Below, in pieces: positions 1 through 12,092 of a stretch of DNA of 52,796 nt. A program made the translations under genes and the position numbers. Origin of the DNA: Chloroflexota bacterium (GTDB lineage Bacteria; Chloroflexota; Chloroflexia; QHBQ01). Position 1 is the first letter of the stretch, and every line of letters starts with the position of its first letter. Under the pieces are notes generated by a model, which ran no database searches, was not told the origin of the DNA, and saw only the letters and a program-made list of their open reading frames with translations. The DNA is taken from the NCBI GenBank assembly GCA_043754535.1, contig JAYUUN010000029.1, forward strand, positions 1 to 52,796, in the 5' to 3' direction.

Positions 1-318
1 CCGACCGCCACAGATACGTCCACTAGCACGCCGACGGTGACGCTCACCCCCAGCAGTACGCCTACGGCGACGCGCACCCCGACGAACACTCCGACCGCCA
101 CAGGTACCCCCACGAGTACGCCGACGGTAACGCTCACCCCGACGCGTACGCCAACAGTGACGCTCACCCCCACGAACACGCCCACGGTGACGAGTACGCC
201 GACCGCCACAGATACGTCCACCAGCACGCCCATAGCGACGCTTACCCCGACGAACACCCCAACCCTGACGAGTACGCCTACCCTCACTGCCCTACCCACG
301 CTCACGTTCACCCCTGCC
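1..318 (+). repeat. Degenerate coding repeats for (T/S)-P-T-x-T linker
   Basis: ccgaccgccacagatacgtcca(c/t)... recurs at 1 and 199; acgctcacccc recurs several times. Confidence 0.75.
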
Positions 319-798
319 ACAGGCTCGTGCGCCTCCCCCCAGCCCAACCAGGTCGCCCTTTACGATGGCTATGGCTATACGGGTCGCTGCACGGTGTTCA
401 GCATCGGCCAGCAACCGCTACCCGGCTCCAGCTACTGGTTCGGCCAATTGGAGGACAATGAGGCATCCAGCATCCTCGTCGGCGCAAACGTTGAGGTAAC
501 GGTCTGGCGCGATCCCAGCTACCAGGGTATCAGCGAGAAGTTCACCGCCAGCGACTCCTCTCTCACTGACAATCTGGTGTCCGATAACACGATCTCCTCG
601 CTCAAGGTGCGAGCCAAGCCCAGTGCTACTCCGACTGCAACCCGTACTGCCACCCCTGCGGCGAGCAACACGCCACTGGCAACCACCACTCTCACCCCAC
701 AATCCACTGCCACCACCTGCGTCCCTGGGCCTACCGCTACCTTCGCCAGCACCCGGCCCCGCTACACCCCTACTCCCCTGCCACCCGGCTGCAATTGA
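1..798 (+). CDS. C-terminal part (5'-truncated) of a Thr/Pro-rich surface protein with a beta/gamma-crystallin domain
   Basis: Frame is open from base 1 ([13 protein letters not shown]...). Two Greek-key-like units: [11 protein letters not shown]...DNEASSILV and [11 protein letters not shown]...DNTISSLKV, each with a D-N-x-x-S-S Ca2+-type motif, flanked by PT linkers. Confidence 0.8.
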   Translation, partial: PTATDTSTSTPTVTLTPSSTPTATRTPTNTPTATGTPTSTPTVTLTPTRTPTVTLTPTNTPTVTSTPTATDTSTSTPIATLTPTNTPTLTSTPTLTALPTLTFTPATGSCASPQPNQVALYDGYGYTGRCTVFSIGQQPLPGSSYWFGQLEDNEASSILVGANVEVTVWRDPSYQGISEKFTASDSSLTDNLVSDNTISSLKVRAKPSATPTATRTATPAASNTPLATTTLTPQSTATTCVPGPTATFASTRPRYTPTPLPPGCN

Positions 799-811
799 GC
801 AGCCACGTTTC

Positions 812-842
812 AGCCCCCGTCCTCATAGCTGGGCGGGGGCTT
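812..842 (+). terminator. Hairpin, probable intrinsic terminator
   Basis: agcccccgtcc...gggcgggggct followed by a short T tract, just after the stop at 798. Confidence 0.5.
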
Positions 843-928
843 CTGCGGATCTGCAAAGCACAGCGGTAGTTTTGCACTTGCGCGGTCGATTTATGACACC
901 TTGCTAATAGAAATATCGTATCAAGATA

Positions 929-937
929 TGGTAGAAT
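929..937 (+). promoter_or_regulatory. Extended -10 promoter candidate for the kinase gene
   Basis: TG-G-TAGAAT in an AT-rich intergenic patch about 60 nt before the start. Confidence 0.45.
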
Positions 938-997
938 GTGGCTAACCAGCACGCTGCTGGCGGGTAGTTATCCGGTGCAGGCCGGTGTCAGGAACAA

Positions 998-3193
998 GTG
1001 ATGGCCGTCGAGTCGGTTGAGCAGATGATCCCTTGCTCCCACTGTGGGCAGCAGGTGCGCGAACAGGCAGTTTTCTGCCCGCACTGCGGCCTGCGCCTGG
1101 GCATGGAGAGCGAACAACTCTACCCCGGCTCTGCGCTCAGCAATGGCCGCTATGTGGTGCAGCGGTTGTTGGGGCAGGGGGGAGGTGGGGCGGTCTACCT
1201 GGCTGAGGATCGCAATCTGGCTCGCTCCATCGTGGTCAAGGAGTTGCAGGGCTACTTCAAGTCGGTGGAGGAGCGGCGTAGGGCCGAGAACGACTTCCGC
1301 CGCGAAGCCCTGATCCTCGCGCGCCTCAGTGCCGATCATCCCAACCTGCCTCAGACCTTCGACCACTTCACCGAGGGGACACGCCACTATCTGGTCATGC
1401 AGTACGTCAGCGGCGAGAACCTGGAGCAGCGGCTACGGAGGCTGGGTGGCAAGCTGGTAGAGAAGGAAGTCTTGCAGTATGGCCTGGTGATCGCCGATAT
1501 CCTGGCCTTCATCCACGCGCAGAAGCCAGAGCCGGTCGTCCACCGCGACATCAAGCCTGCCAACATCATCGTGGACAACCAGGGGCGGGTTAAGCTGGTA
1601 GACTTTGGCCTGGCGAAGGCTATGGGTCGGGAGGGCAGCGGGCAGCTAAACTCGCAGCACCTCAGCGGCGCGTTGGGCAGCGGCCAACTAAATGGCGACA
1701 GCAATGCGGCTGGCACTGCGGGTTACACCCCAGTTGAGCAGTGGCAGGGGCGGGCCGAACCCGCTAGCGACGTGTACGCCCTCGGCGCGACCATGCACCA
1801 CCTGTTCTCTGGCCGTGACCCCCGCGACCCCTTCAATGCCTACCCCGAACTGAATCTCGACATCGTGCGCCGCCTCAGCTTCTTTCCTCCGCTGCGCCAA
1901 CTGCGCCCAGAGATCACGCCCGCCACCGAGGGGCTGCTGCTGGCGATGCTTGACCCCGCCCCGGCCAAGCGACCGACGGCAGTGCAGGTTCGCAGCGAGA
2001 TTCAGCGCATCCTGACCGCCCTCAATCAGGCCGCGCCGACCGCAGGCGATCTGCTGAACATGGGCCAGAATGCCCGCCAGCAACCTGCTCCCAATCTCCC
2101 ACCACAGCCCCGGCACACCGCTGGCGACCGCCTCTTGCAGCGCACCGCCCCCACCAACCAGCCCCCTCCTGCGTCGCCCCAGGGCCAGAGCAGGCAGAAC
2201 GGGCAGGCTGGCTATGCTGGCCCACGCCTTGAGCGGCTGGCTAGCCAGCGCAACCAGGCTGGCGACAACGATCTGCTGGCCCATGCTAGCCCCCTCAACC
2301 CCGCCGCTTACCGCCTCGGCAACAACGTGATTGCCTCCACTGCGCCGCCGATTGCCGGGCGGGCCTTTCGGTTTAGCGCAGTGGGCGAGGTCAGCTACGC
2401 CCTGCAAACCTGGTTGCGCGGATACATCCAGTTCCTGCCGCTCAACGAGCCGCTAGACGTTCATGTGCAAGGTCTCACCTTGATGCCGCTCTATCTCGCC
2501 AACTACATGATAGATGCCCCGCTACCACAAATCAACCAGATCATCCGTCGGCAAGGGGCGATCATCCTCGATGTTGCCAGCGACCAGCCCCTGCCAGAGC
2601 TGCTGGCCGACCTCTGGCTCCCAGAGTGGCGCGGGCTGAATACGGCGCAGGCCCAGGCGAACGCAAGCAGCAGCACGCCCACTGTGCCACCGCAACTGCT
2701 GACCCTGCGCGACCTTTCGCCCGCTTACGGTGCGCCGCCACGCCCGCCGCTCTACAGCCGCAGCGAACTGCAACTGCAAGAGCGCATCCGCACGGTGGTG
2801 GCCCAGGCTAATGGGCAGTCGATCCGCCTGGAGTCGTTCGGCAACAACATCACCTATACGCCAAACGTGAGCGATATCCACCTGACCCAGGCCGAAGCGG
2901 TATACGGTGCGCTCTGGCACGCCAGCGTGCTGCTGCGGGGCAAAAGCTACACCCTGAGTGCATATGAGGGGAGCAAGGCTGGGGCGAAGCGGGGCCTGCC
3001 TGGCTTCCTGCTGCGCGACAGCAGCTTCCCCAGCCGAGCCTTCTGCACCGTTTGTGGAGGGCTGTTCTTCCCAGAGCAGGTTGTGCAGTGTGAGCAGTGC
3101 GGCAAATCAGTCTGCGAGAAGGATCGCCATAACAGTGGCTTCCTCAACAAGCACACCTACTGCTCGAACGAGTGCCAGGCGCGTGCAAGGTAG
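998..3193 (+). CDS. Hanks-type Ser/Thr protein kinase with N-terminal zinc ribbon and C-terminal Cys-rich domain
   Basis: CSHC..CPHC ribbon; GQGGGGAVY, VVKE, HRDIKPAN, DFG, GTAGYTPVE, SDVYALG motifs; C-terminal CTVC..CEQC..C..CSNEC; no transmembrane helix. Confidence 0.92.
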   Translation: MMAVESVEQMIPCSHCGQQVREQAVFCPHCGLRLGMESEQLYPGSALSNGRYVVQRLLGQGGGGAVYLAEDRNLARSIVVKELQGYFKSVEERRRAENDFRREALILARLSADHPNLPQTFDHFTEGTRHYLVMQYVSGENLEQRLRRLGGKLVEKEVLQYGLVIADILAFIHAQKPEPVVHRDIKPANIIVDNQGRVKLVDFGLAKAMGREGSGQLNSQHLSGALGSGQLNGDSNAAGTAGYTPVEQWQGRAEPASDVYALGATMHHLFSGRDPRDPFNAYPELNLDIVRRLSFFPPLRQLRPEITPATEGLLLAMLDPAPAKRPTAVQVRSEIQRILTALNQAAPTAGDLLNMGQNARQQPAPNLPPQPRHTAGDRLLQRTAPTNQPPPASPQGQSRQNGQAGYAGPRLERLASQRNQAGDNDLLAHASPLNPAAYRLGNNVIASTAPPIAGRAFRFSAVGEVSYALQTWLRGYIQFLPLNEPLDVHVQGLTLMPLYLANYMIDAPLPQINQIIRRQGAIILDVASDQPLPELLADLWLPEWRGLNTAQAQANASSSTPTVPPQLLTLRDLSPAYGAPPRPPLYSRSELQLQERIRTVVAQANGQSIRLESFGNNITYTPNVSDIHLTQAEAVYGALWHASVLLRGKSYTLSAYEGSKAGAKRGLPGFLLRDSSFPSRAFCTVCGGLFFPEQVVQCEQCGKSVCEKDRHNSGFLNKHTYCSNECQARAR

Positions 3194-3281
3194 AGTGGAG
3201 TAAGCAGCCGCATCGTTCGCCTTCTATTACTAGCTGACCACTAGTTGACGATCACAGGCTGGGCCTGAACCAGAGTCGTGG

Positions 3282-4361
3282 CTAGGCTAGCAGGCGGGCC
3301 AGAGCCTCCTCAGCCTGGGGGAGGATGCGCTGGCGTAGGCCGCGCTCGGCGAAATCCTGGCCCACCCGCACGTCAAGGCGCACGATCTGCGGCAGCCACC
3401 AGATGGCGGTATACCAGACCAGCATCGCGTCCAACCCCTCCTCCATTGCGCTGCTCCAGGGCAGGCGCACACGCAAGCGGCTGAGTTCCTCACTGTAGAG
3501 GGCTAGCATCTCACGCAGGGCGGGCGGTTCGGGCTGCCAGTAGGCCGAGGCGGTGTAGAGTACCACAAGGTCGAGCAGCCCCGGCGCATGAGCGACAAAC
3601 TGCCAGTCGAACCAGACAGGGGGGCCGCTGCTGGGCAGCACCACATTGCTGGCGTTGGGGTCGCCATGCACCAGCGTGCTGGGGAAGTATTGCAGACGCT
3701 GGCTGACGAACTCTGGCTGCTCAAGGAAGGCTGCCCACACCTGCGGCTCAAAAAAGAGGTCGCGCTGACCCTGGTCACGCTGGATCGCCTGCCAACTCTG
3801 GCGGGCGTTTTCAAGCAGGTTGCTGCCGTGGACGGCGGTGGGCCGCCAGAGCCAGTCGCGCTGCCAGAGGGTGTGATCCTCCCAGAACTCGGCGTGTAGC
3901 TTCGCCAGGTCGAGGACGGCTCGGCGGTAGTGGGCAGGCTGCCAGGCATGACGGTCGAGCGTAGTCGCTGGCAGGCGGGTGAGCAGCAGCCAGGGTGGGT
4001 CAGCCTCCAGTTCGCTGTCTACCAGGGTGGGCAGCTTGAGCGGCACCTTTGTGCCAAGTTCGTGGTAGAAGCGGATTTCGCGGCGGTCTGCGCCAGCCAG
4101 CACCTTGTCATCCGCCGCCACGCTGCCCTCCTCGAAGCCTCTCTTGCAAGCCAGCGCGAGGCTCCCCCCCTGCTCTCCGCTGTGGTAGTGCGCGGTCAGC
4201 AGTTGCACAGTATCGCGATCAGCCGGGCCGTCGTCAGCTATCTCGGTCAGGGTCAGCCGCTCGTCGGCCAGGTGGCGGCGCAGGGCAGCCTGGAGCCGCT
4301 CGCTGGTGAAAGGAAGATTGGGTGTCTGCCCATCGTTGGCCGTGCTGTTGATTGTCGCCAT
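3282..4361 (-). CDS. APH/choline kinase-like phosphotransferase
   Basis: REIRFY, LAKLHAEFW, TLVHGDPNASN (Brenner motif), FDWQ. Confidence 0.85.
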   Translation of the reverse strand: MATINSTANDGQTPNLPFTSERLQAALRRHLADERLTLTEIADDGPADRDTVQLLTAHYHSGEQGGSLALACKRGFEEGSVAADDKVLAGADRREIRFYHELGTKVPLKLPTLVDSELEADPPWLLLTRLPATTLDRHAWQPAHYRRAVLDLAKLHAEFWEDHTLWQRDWLWRPTAVHGSNLLENARQSWQAIQRDQGQRDLFFEPQVWAAFLEQPEFVSQRLQYFPSTLVHGDPNASNVVLPSSGPPVWFDWQFVAHAPGLLDLVVLYTASAYWQPEPPALREMLALYSEELSRLRVRLPWSSAMEEGLDAMLVWYTAIWWLPQIVRLDVRVGQDFAERGLRQRILPQAEEALARLLA

Positions 4362-4406
4362 GAACCGCTTCCTCTCTGGGCTGCAACTATGCCACAGGGT
4401 TGCGCC

Positions 4407-4523
4407 CTAATCTGGCTGCCACTCTAGTTCCAGCACCTCGTCCTGAGCCTCAACGACCCGCCAATGCCAACATATCTCGGCCAGTTGCTCCCAATCAGCG
4501 GTAGCTACCTGATGGTAGATCAT
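4407..4523 (-). pseudogene. 38-aa ORF, possible internally deleted GNAT acetyltransferase remnant
   Basis: Manual translation MIYHQVATADWEQLAEICWHWRVVEAQDEVLELEWQPD*; the start resembles GNAT 'xRxATxxDxxxL' N-termini. Confidence 0.3.
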
Positions 4524-4610
4524 AATATTCAAACAGGAACGCCCCTCCCCTGAGCAGGATACCCCTGATTAGGTACCCGCTGTAGAGGAGGGATTGGCAG
4601 CACAAGTAGG

Positions 4611-7616
<3,006 letters not shown>

Positions 7617-7757
7617 GGTAACTCCTCTTTGGTGATAGGGGCTAAGTAATTAGGGCTTGGGGGCGCAAAAGCGTAGCATTAGGGCAACAACTCTAGCTGA
7701 AGCTAAGGCAGGATGGCGACCGTCATGCTTATCCATCAGCGAGTAGCTTGCGCCTGG

Positions 7758-8108
7758 CTATCGCCAGAGGCCACCGCTGCTGCTACCGGGATGAAGGGCA
7801 AGGCGGCATTGAGGAGGTTGGTTGCTGAGGGAGGGGGAAGCAAAGTTGGCACGGGCGGCCACGTCAAAGAGACAGGCGGTATGCACTGCGTGCCAGAGGA
7901 TCGGCTGCAATGCCACCCCCCCTGTGGTCTTGGCGACGCGCAGCAGTGGTGCTGTCGCGCGCAAACTGAGGGCGGGAGCAGTAGCTGCCATAGGTGCGCC
8001 AACTACCACCGGCTCAAGCGGGGCAGCCATTTGCGACGCACTCAAGCCCAGGGGGGCGAGTGCGCTGACGACCAGTAGGAGGATGACCTTGTTGATACGT
8101 GCTTCCAT
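7758..8108 (-). CDS. Putative leader ORF (116 aa) upstream of secA with signal-peptide-like N-terminus
   Basis: MEARINKVILLLVVSALAPLGLSA: basic n-region, hydrophobic core, small residues; ATG lies 8 nt after a TGGTATAAT element; same strand as secA. Confidence 0.4.
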   Translation of the reverse strand: MEARINKVILLLVVSALAPLGLSASQMAAPLEPVVVGAPMAATAPALSLRATAPLLRVAKTTGGVALQPILWHAVHTACLFDVAARANFASPSLSNQPPQCRLALHPGSSSGGLWR

Positions 8109-8110
8109 CA

Positions 8111-8128
8111 ACGTGAATTATACCACGT
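8111..8128 (-). promoter_or_regulatory. Extended -10 (TGGTATAAT, minus strand, 8117-8125) embedded in an 18-bp inverted repeat
   Basis: ACGTG-AATTATAC-CACGT; the reverse strand reads TGGTATAAT. Confidence 0.6.
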
Positions 8129-8188
8129 GACAGCCCCAGGCCGCAATTAAGGATCGGTTAAAGTCGTACATTAGCACTGACCACCAGC

Positions 8189-8217
8189 TTGACAGCCCCC
8201 ACTGCCTATGTTACAAT
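8189..8217 (+). promoter_or_regulatory. Sigma70-type promoter of nuoA
   Basis: TTGACA-N17-TACAAT with TG extension, about 60 nt upstream of nuoA. Confidence 0.8.
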
Positions 8218-8278
8218 TATCACGAACTACGATAAGTCGCGCCAGCTCGCTACTTCGCCCTGAGAGGCCGCCCCTGCC

Positions 8279-8641
8279 ATGCTAGAAGCCTTCCTCCCTA
8301 TCCTGATCCTGCTGGCTGTGGCCTTCGCGCTGGTCAGCATCATCCTGGTGCTGTCGTTCGTCAGTGGGCCGAAGAACCCGACCGCTGCGAAGTTGGCTCC
8401 CTATGAGAGTGGAATGACCCCTATCGCTGGGCTGCCTACCCGCTTCCCAGTCAAGTTCCTACGCGTCGCTATGCTGTTCCTGATCTTCGACATTGAGACC
8501 ATCGCCTTCTTCCCCTGGGCTGTCCTCTTGCGCAATGAACTCGGTGTGGCTGGCTTGTTGGAGATGGCGAGCTTCTTGCTCGTCCTCGGCATTGGCTACA
8601 TCTACGTCTGGCGCAAGGGTGGCTTCCGCTGGGAGAAGTGA
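8279..8641 (+). CDS. nuoA: NADH-quinone oxidoreductase subunit A
   Basis: KLAPYESG, FLIFDIET, YVWRKG; three hydrophobic segments. Confidence 0.97.
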   Translation: MLEAFLPILILLAVAFALVSIILVLSFVSGPKNPTAAKLAPYESGMTPIAGLPTRFPVKFLRVAMLFLIFDIETIAFFPWAVLLRNELGVAGLLEMASFLLVLGIGYIYVWRKGGFRWEK

Positions 8642-8708
8642 GCTAGCGCAAAGTCCCTTACCAAATACCCTGTACCACAGTGTACAATAGCCCAATTGGA
8701 GGATAAAC

Positions 8709-8870
8709 GTGCCTGACAACTATGCCCCCGAAGATGCGTTCCTTTTCAGCAACAACAACCGTAAGGTAACACCCAAAGAGTTTATCGCACGGGCGATGCT
8801 CGAAGGGAGCGCGCTCCTTTTCTTCGCCCTCTTTGGCTATCTGCGGCGCGGCAAGAAGCCGCAGAACTAG
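8709..8870 (+). CDS. Small 53-aa protein with C-terminal hydrophobic segment (not in ORF track)
   Basis: GGAGG-ataaac-GTG start; MPDNYAPEDAFLFSNNNRKVTPKEFIARAMLEGSALLFFALFGYLRRGKKPQN*. Confidence 0.65.
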   Translation: MPDNYAPEDAFLFSNNNRKVTPKEFIARAMLEGSALLFFALFGYLRRGKKPQN

Positions 8871-8986
8871 CGTAGTGGTGGGGCTGTGGGCTGTATGCGC
8901 CCACTGCCACTCATCAACATCTAAGCGACGATGGCGGAGCGGGGCTTGCAGTACGATCCCACCCGCTTGCAGTATTGGAGGCTGGC

Positions 8987-9589
8987 ATGAGTGTAGACAA
9001 GCGACACTTCCGCACCGCTGTTGGGGTTGAGGGTAGCCCCTTCCTAGACGAGTTCGGCCACGCTGGGGTGCTACCCGCCATGCCGATGCAGGCAGCCAGC
9101 AACAGCGGCAATATCATCACTGCTAACTTCGGCAAGTTCGTGCAGTGGGCGCGTAGCTCGTCGGTCTGGCCTGCCACCTTTGGCCTCGCCTGCTGCGCGA
9201 TTGAGATGATGGCGACTGGTGGCAGCCGTCACGACATATCGCGCTTCGGTAGTGAACTGTTCCGGGCTAGCCCCCGTCAGGCCGATCTGATGATCGTCGC
9301 GGGTCGCCTCTCGACCAAGATGGCTCCAGTACTGCGCCAAATCTACGACCAGATGCCCGACCCTAAGTGGGTAATCTCGATGGGTGCTTGCGCCAGCAGC
9401 GGCGGTATCTTCGACAACTACGCGATCATCCAGGGGGTTGATCGGGTCGTGCCGGTAGACGTGTATATTGCTGGTTGCCCACCCACGCCTGAAGCCTTGA
9501 TGCACGGCCTTCAGATGTTGCAGGAGAAGATCAAGCGTAACCCTACCCCACCGCCCGATCCAGCCCCGCTCGACCCCAGCCGCGCCTAG
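8987..9589 (+). CDS. nuoB: NADH-quinone oxidoreductase subunit B
   Basis: [34 protein letters not shown]; start placed at the ATG after GGAGG. Confidence 0.97.
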   Translation: MSVDKRHFRTAVGVEGSPFLDEFGHAGVLPAMPMQAASNSGNIITANFGKFVQWARSSSVWPATFGLACCAIEMMATGGSRHDISRFGSELFRASPRQADLMIVAGRLSTKMAPVLRQIYDQMPDPKWVISMGACASSGGIFDNYAIIQGVDRVVPVDVYIAGCPPTPEALMHGLQMLQEKIKRNPTPPPDPAPLDPSRA

Positions 9590-9609
9590 CCACTCAGCAG
9601 GAAACGAAG

Positions 9610-10290
9610 ATGACAGAGCAGACCACAGTGGAAGAACAACAGCCAGAGCCGCTCCCGCGCACCATCCTCGATGATCTGCGCGACCTCTTTCCCGCTGCGG
9701 TGCAGGCAACTGCCAGCTTTCGGGCTGAGGCGACTGTCGTCGTTGCACTAGACAGCCTACTAGCAGTGCTGGCCTACATCAAGGGGCGGGGGTACAACTA
9801 CCTGGAAGACCTGACCGCCGTAGACTGGCCGGAGCGGGAGGAAGCAGGCCGCTTCGACCTGGTGTACCAACTCCTCTCGCTTGCCACGCAGCAGACGATC
9901 CGTCTCAAGACCCAGGTGGCTGAGGACGAGCTAGCCCCGACTATCACCACCCTGTGGCCGGGTGCCAACTGGTTTGAGCGCGAAATCAGCGACCTATTCG
10001 GCATTGAGTTTAGCGGCCACCCCGACCCCCGCCGCCTGTTCATGCCCGAAGGTTGGCAGGGCTATCCCTTGCGTAAGGATTACCCGATCATCGGCTATGA
10101 GCGTGGTAGCGGCAGCGGCGCGAACCCGCCAGTAGTCCACCAGTACGGGAGCCGCCCCGACCAGGGGCCGGGCGCGAACAACAACGCGGGCTGGTCGCCG
10201 CTGGCTATTGCCCCTGCTGCTGGCACCCGCGCCAAAGAGATCAACCGCGAAGGCGACGAGCGCGCCAGCCAATCAGGACAGGGAGACTAG
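9610..10290 (+). CDS. nuoC: NADH-quinone oxidoreductase subunit C
   Basis: LTAVDW, RFDLVYQL, ANWFEREISDLFGIEFSGHP, PLRKDYP. Confidence 0.96.
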   Translation: MTEQTTVEEQQPEPLPRTILDDLRDLFPAAVQATASFRAEATVVVALDSLLAVLAYIKGRGYNYLEDLTAVDWPEREEAGRFDLVYQLLSLATQQTIRLKTQVAEDELAPTITTLWPGANWFEREISDLFGIEFSGHPDPRRLFMPEGWQGYPLRKDYPIIGYERGSGSGANPPVVHQYGSRPDQGPGANNNAGWSPLAIAPAAGTRAKEINREGDERASQSGQGD

Positions 10291-10348
10291 CTCCTACTTA
10301 CTCATCACCCCGCCTGGGCGTGAGGTGAGCGGATCAGGAAGGTGACAG

Positions 10349-11590
10349 ATGGCAATCGACGTAGCCAGCGAACAACTAACGGTGCAGAGTGACCAGCCCT
10401 ACGGCGATGGTGGTGACCCGCGGCGGATCACCAAGATCAACCTCGGCCCCCAGCACCCTAGTACGCATGGGGTGTTGCGCCTGATCCTCACGTTGGAGGG
10501 CGAGACGGTGTTGGAGTGCGTGCCAGATGTCGGTTTCCTGCACACCGGCATTGAGAAGACGGCGGAGTTCAAGACCTACCACCAGGCTCTTACCCTCACC
10601 GACCGCATGGACTATCTCGCCCCACTCTCTAACAACCTTGGCTACTCGCTCGCGGTGGAGAAGCTCCTGGGCATGACCGAGAAGATACCAGAGCGGGCTG
10701 TAGTTGGCCGCGTGGTGCTGGTGGAGTTGCAGCGGATCGCCAGCCACCTGGTCTGGTTGGGCAGCAGCGCACTCGACCTCGGCGCAATGAGCGTCTTCCT
10801 CTACTGTATGCAAGACCGCGAAATGATCCTCGACATCTTTGAGCTAGTCAGCGGTGTGCGCCTGATGACCAGCTACATCGCCATTGGTGGTCTCTCTGCC
10901 GACCTGCCAGCAGAGTTTGTGGCGAAAGTACAGCAGTTTGTAGACCACTTCCCGGCTCGCATCCAGGAGTACCACAACCTGCTGACGGACAATGAAATCT
11001 GGAAGGAGCGCACCATAGGGGTGGGCATCCTTAGCCAGCAGCAGGTGATCGACTACTGCCTGGGTGGGCCGATTGCGCGCGCCAGCGGCCTGGACTGGGA
11101 CTTGCGCCGCGATATGCCTTACTGTGGTTATGACCATTACAGCTTCAACGTGCCGACCCGCACTGAAGGCGACGCGTACGCCCGCTATCGTGTCCGTATG
11201 GACGAACTGACCGAGAGCCACAAGATCGTACAGCAAGCCCTGCACGCTCTACCCGGCGGCCCCTGGCGCGTGGACGACCCCAAGATCGTCCCCCCGCCCA
11301 AGTACGAGATCGGCACCAGCATGGAAGCTCTGATCCACCACTTTAAGCTGTTCACCGCTGGCTTCCGCCCCGAAGCGGGCGAAGTCTATCAGCGCATCGA
11401 GTCCCCACGGGGGATGCTGGGCTTCTATATCGTCAGCGACGGCGGCCCCCGCCCCTATCGGATGCACGTGCGCGGCCCCAGCTTCGTCAACGTGCAGGCT
11501 CTACCGTTGCTGATGCAAGGGGGGATGTTGGCTGACGTAGTAGCCAACCTTGCTAGCATGGACTTCATCCTCGGAGAGGTAGATCGCTAG
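10349..11590 (+). CDS. nuoD: NADH-quinone oxidoreductase subunit D
   Basis: NLGPQHPSTHGVLRL, GFLHTGIEK, DRMDY, C-terminal GEVDR. Confidence 0.98.
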   Translation: MAIDVASEQLTVQSDQPYGDGGDPRRITKINLGPQHPSTHGVLRLILTLEGETVLECVPDVGFLHTGIEKTAEFKTYHQALTLTDRMDYLAPLSNNLGYSLAVEKLLGMTEKIPERAVVGRVVLVELQRIASHLVWLGSSALDLGAMSVFLYCMQDREMILDIFELVSGVRLMTSYIAIGGLSADLPAEFVAKVQQFVDHFPARIQEYHNLLTDNEIWKERTIGVGILSQQQVIDYCLGGPIARASGLDWDLRRDMPYCGYDHYSFNVPTRTEGDAYARYRVRMDELTESHKIVQQALHALPGGPWRVDDPKIVPPPKYEIGTSMEALIHHFKLFTAGFRPEAGEVYQRIESPRGMLGFYIVSDGGPRPYRMHVRGPSFVNVQALPLLMQGGMLADVVANLASMDFILGEVDR

Positions 11591-12087
11591 TGGCAGAGCA
11601 GAACAACGTGGCGAAGCAGCTTTCGCCAGAGACAATAGAGCAGATCGGGCAGGTGGTGCGCCGCTATCCCTCTCCACGCAGCGCGATCATGCCCGCCCTC
11701 TATCTGGCCCAGGCCGATGCAGGCTACCTGACTGCCCAGGCGATGACGGTGGTAGCTGAGGCGGTTGGCATCAGCCCGGCTGAGGTGGAGGAGGTTGCCA
11801 GCTTCTACACCATGTACTACTTCAAGCCGGTGGGTCGCAATATTCTCAAGGTCTGTACCAGCATCTCCTGCTATCTCGTTGGCAGCGACCAGGTGGTGGC
11901 CGAGCTTGAGCAGCAGTTGGGCATCAAGGCGGGGGAGAACACGGCAGACGGCAACATCCGCCTCGAACGCGCCGAATGCCTGGCCGCTTGTGGACAGGGG
12001 CCAACCGGCCAGCTAAACGACCAGTTCCTCGGCAAGCTGACCGCAGAGCGGATCGCGGCGTTGGTGCAAGAGTTGCAGGGGGTTTAG
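11590..12087 (+). CDS. nuoE: NADH-quinone oxidoreductase subunit E
   Basis: VASFYTMY, CTSISC and ECLAAC 2Fe-2S ligands; start overlaps the nuoD stop. Confidence 0.96.
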   Translation: MAEQNNVAKQLSPETIEQIGQVVRRYPSPRSAIMPALYLAQADAGYLTAQAMTVVAEAVGISPAEVEEVASFYTMYYFKPVGRNILKVCTSISCYLVGSDQVVAELEQQLGIKAGENTADGNIRLERAECLAACGQGPTGQLNDQFLGKLTAERIAALVQELQGV

Positions 12088-12092
12088 TAGCC

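Noticed and set aside
1..318. Possible CRISPR or non-coding repeat array
   Set aside because: Repeats are degenerate, codon-phased and encode a Thr/Pro linker; no constant repeat-spacer pattern or cas genes.
8944..8974. GCTTGCAGTA direct repeat with 21-bp period before nuoB
   Set aside because: Only two copies and no associated promoter identified; too weak to call.
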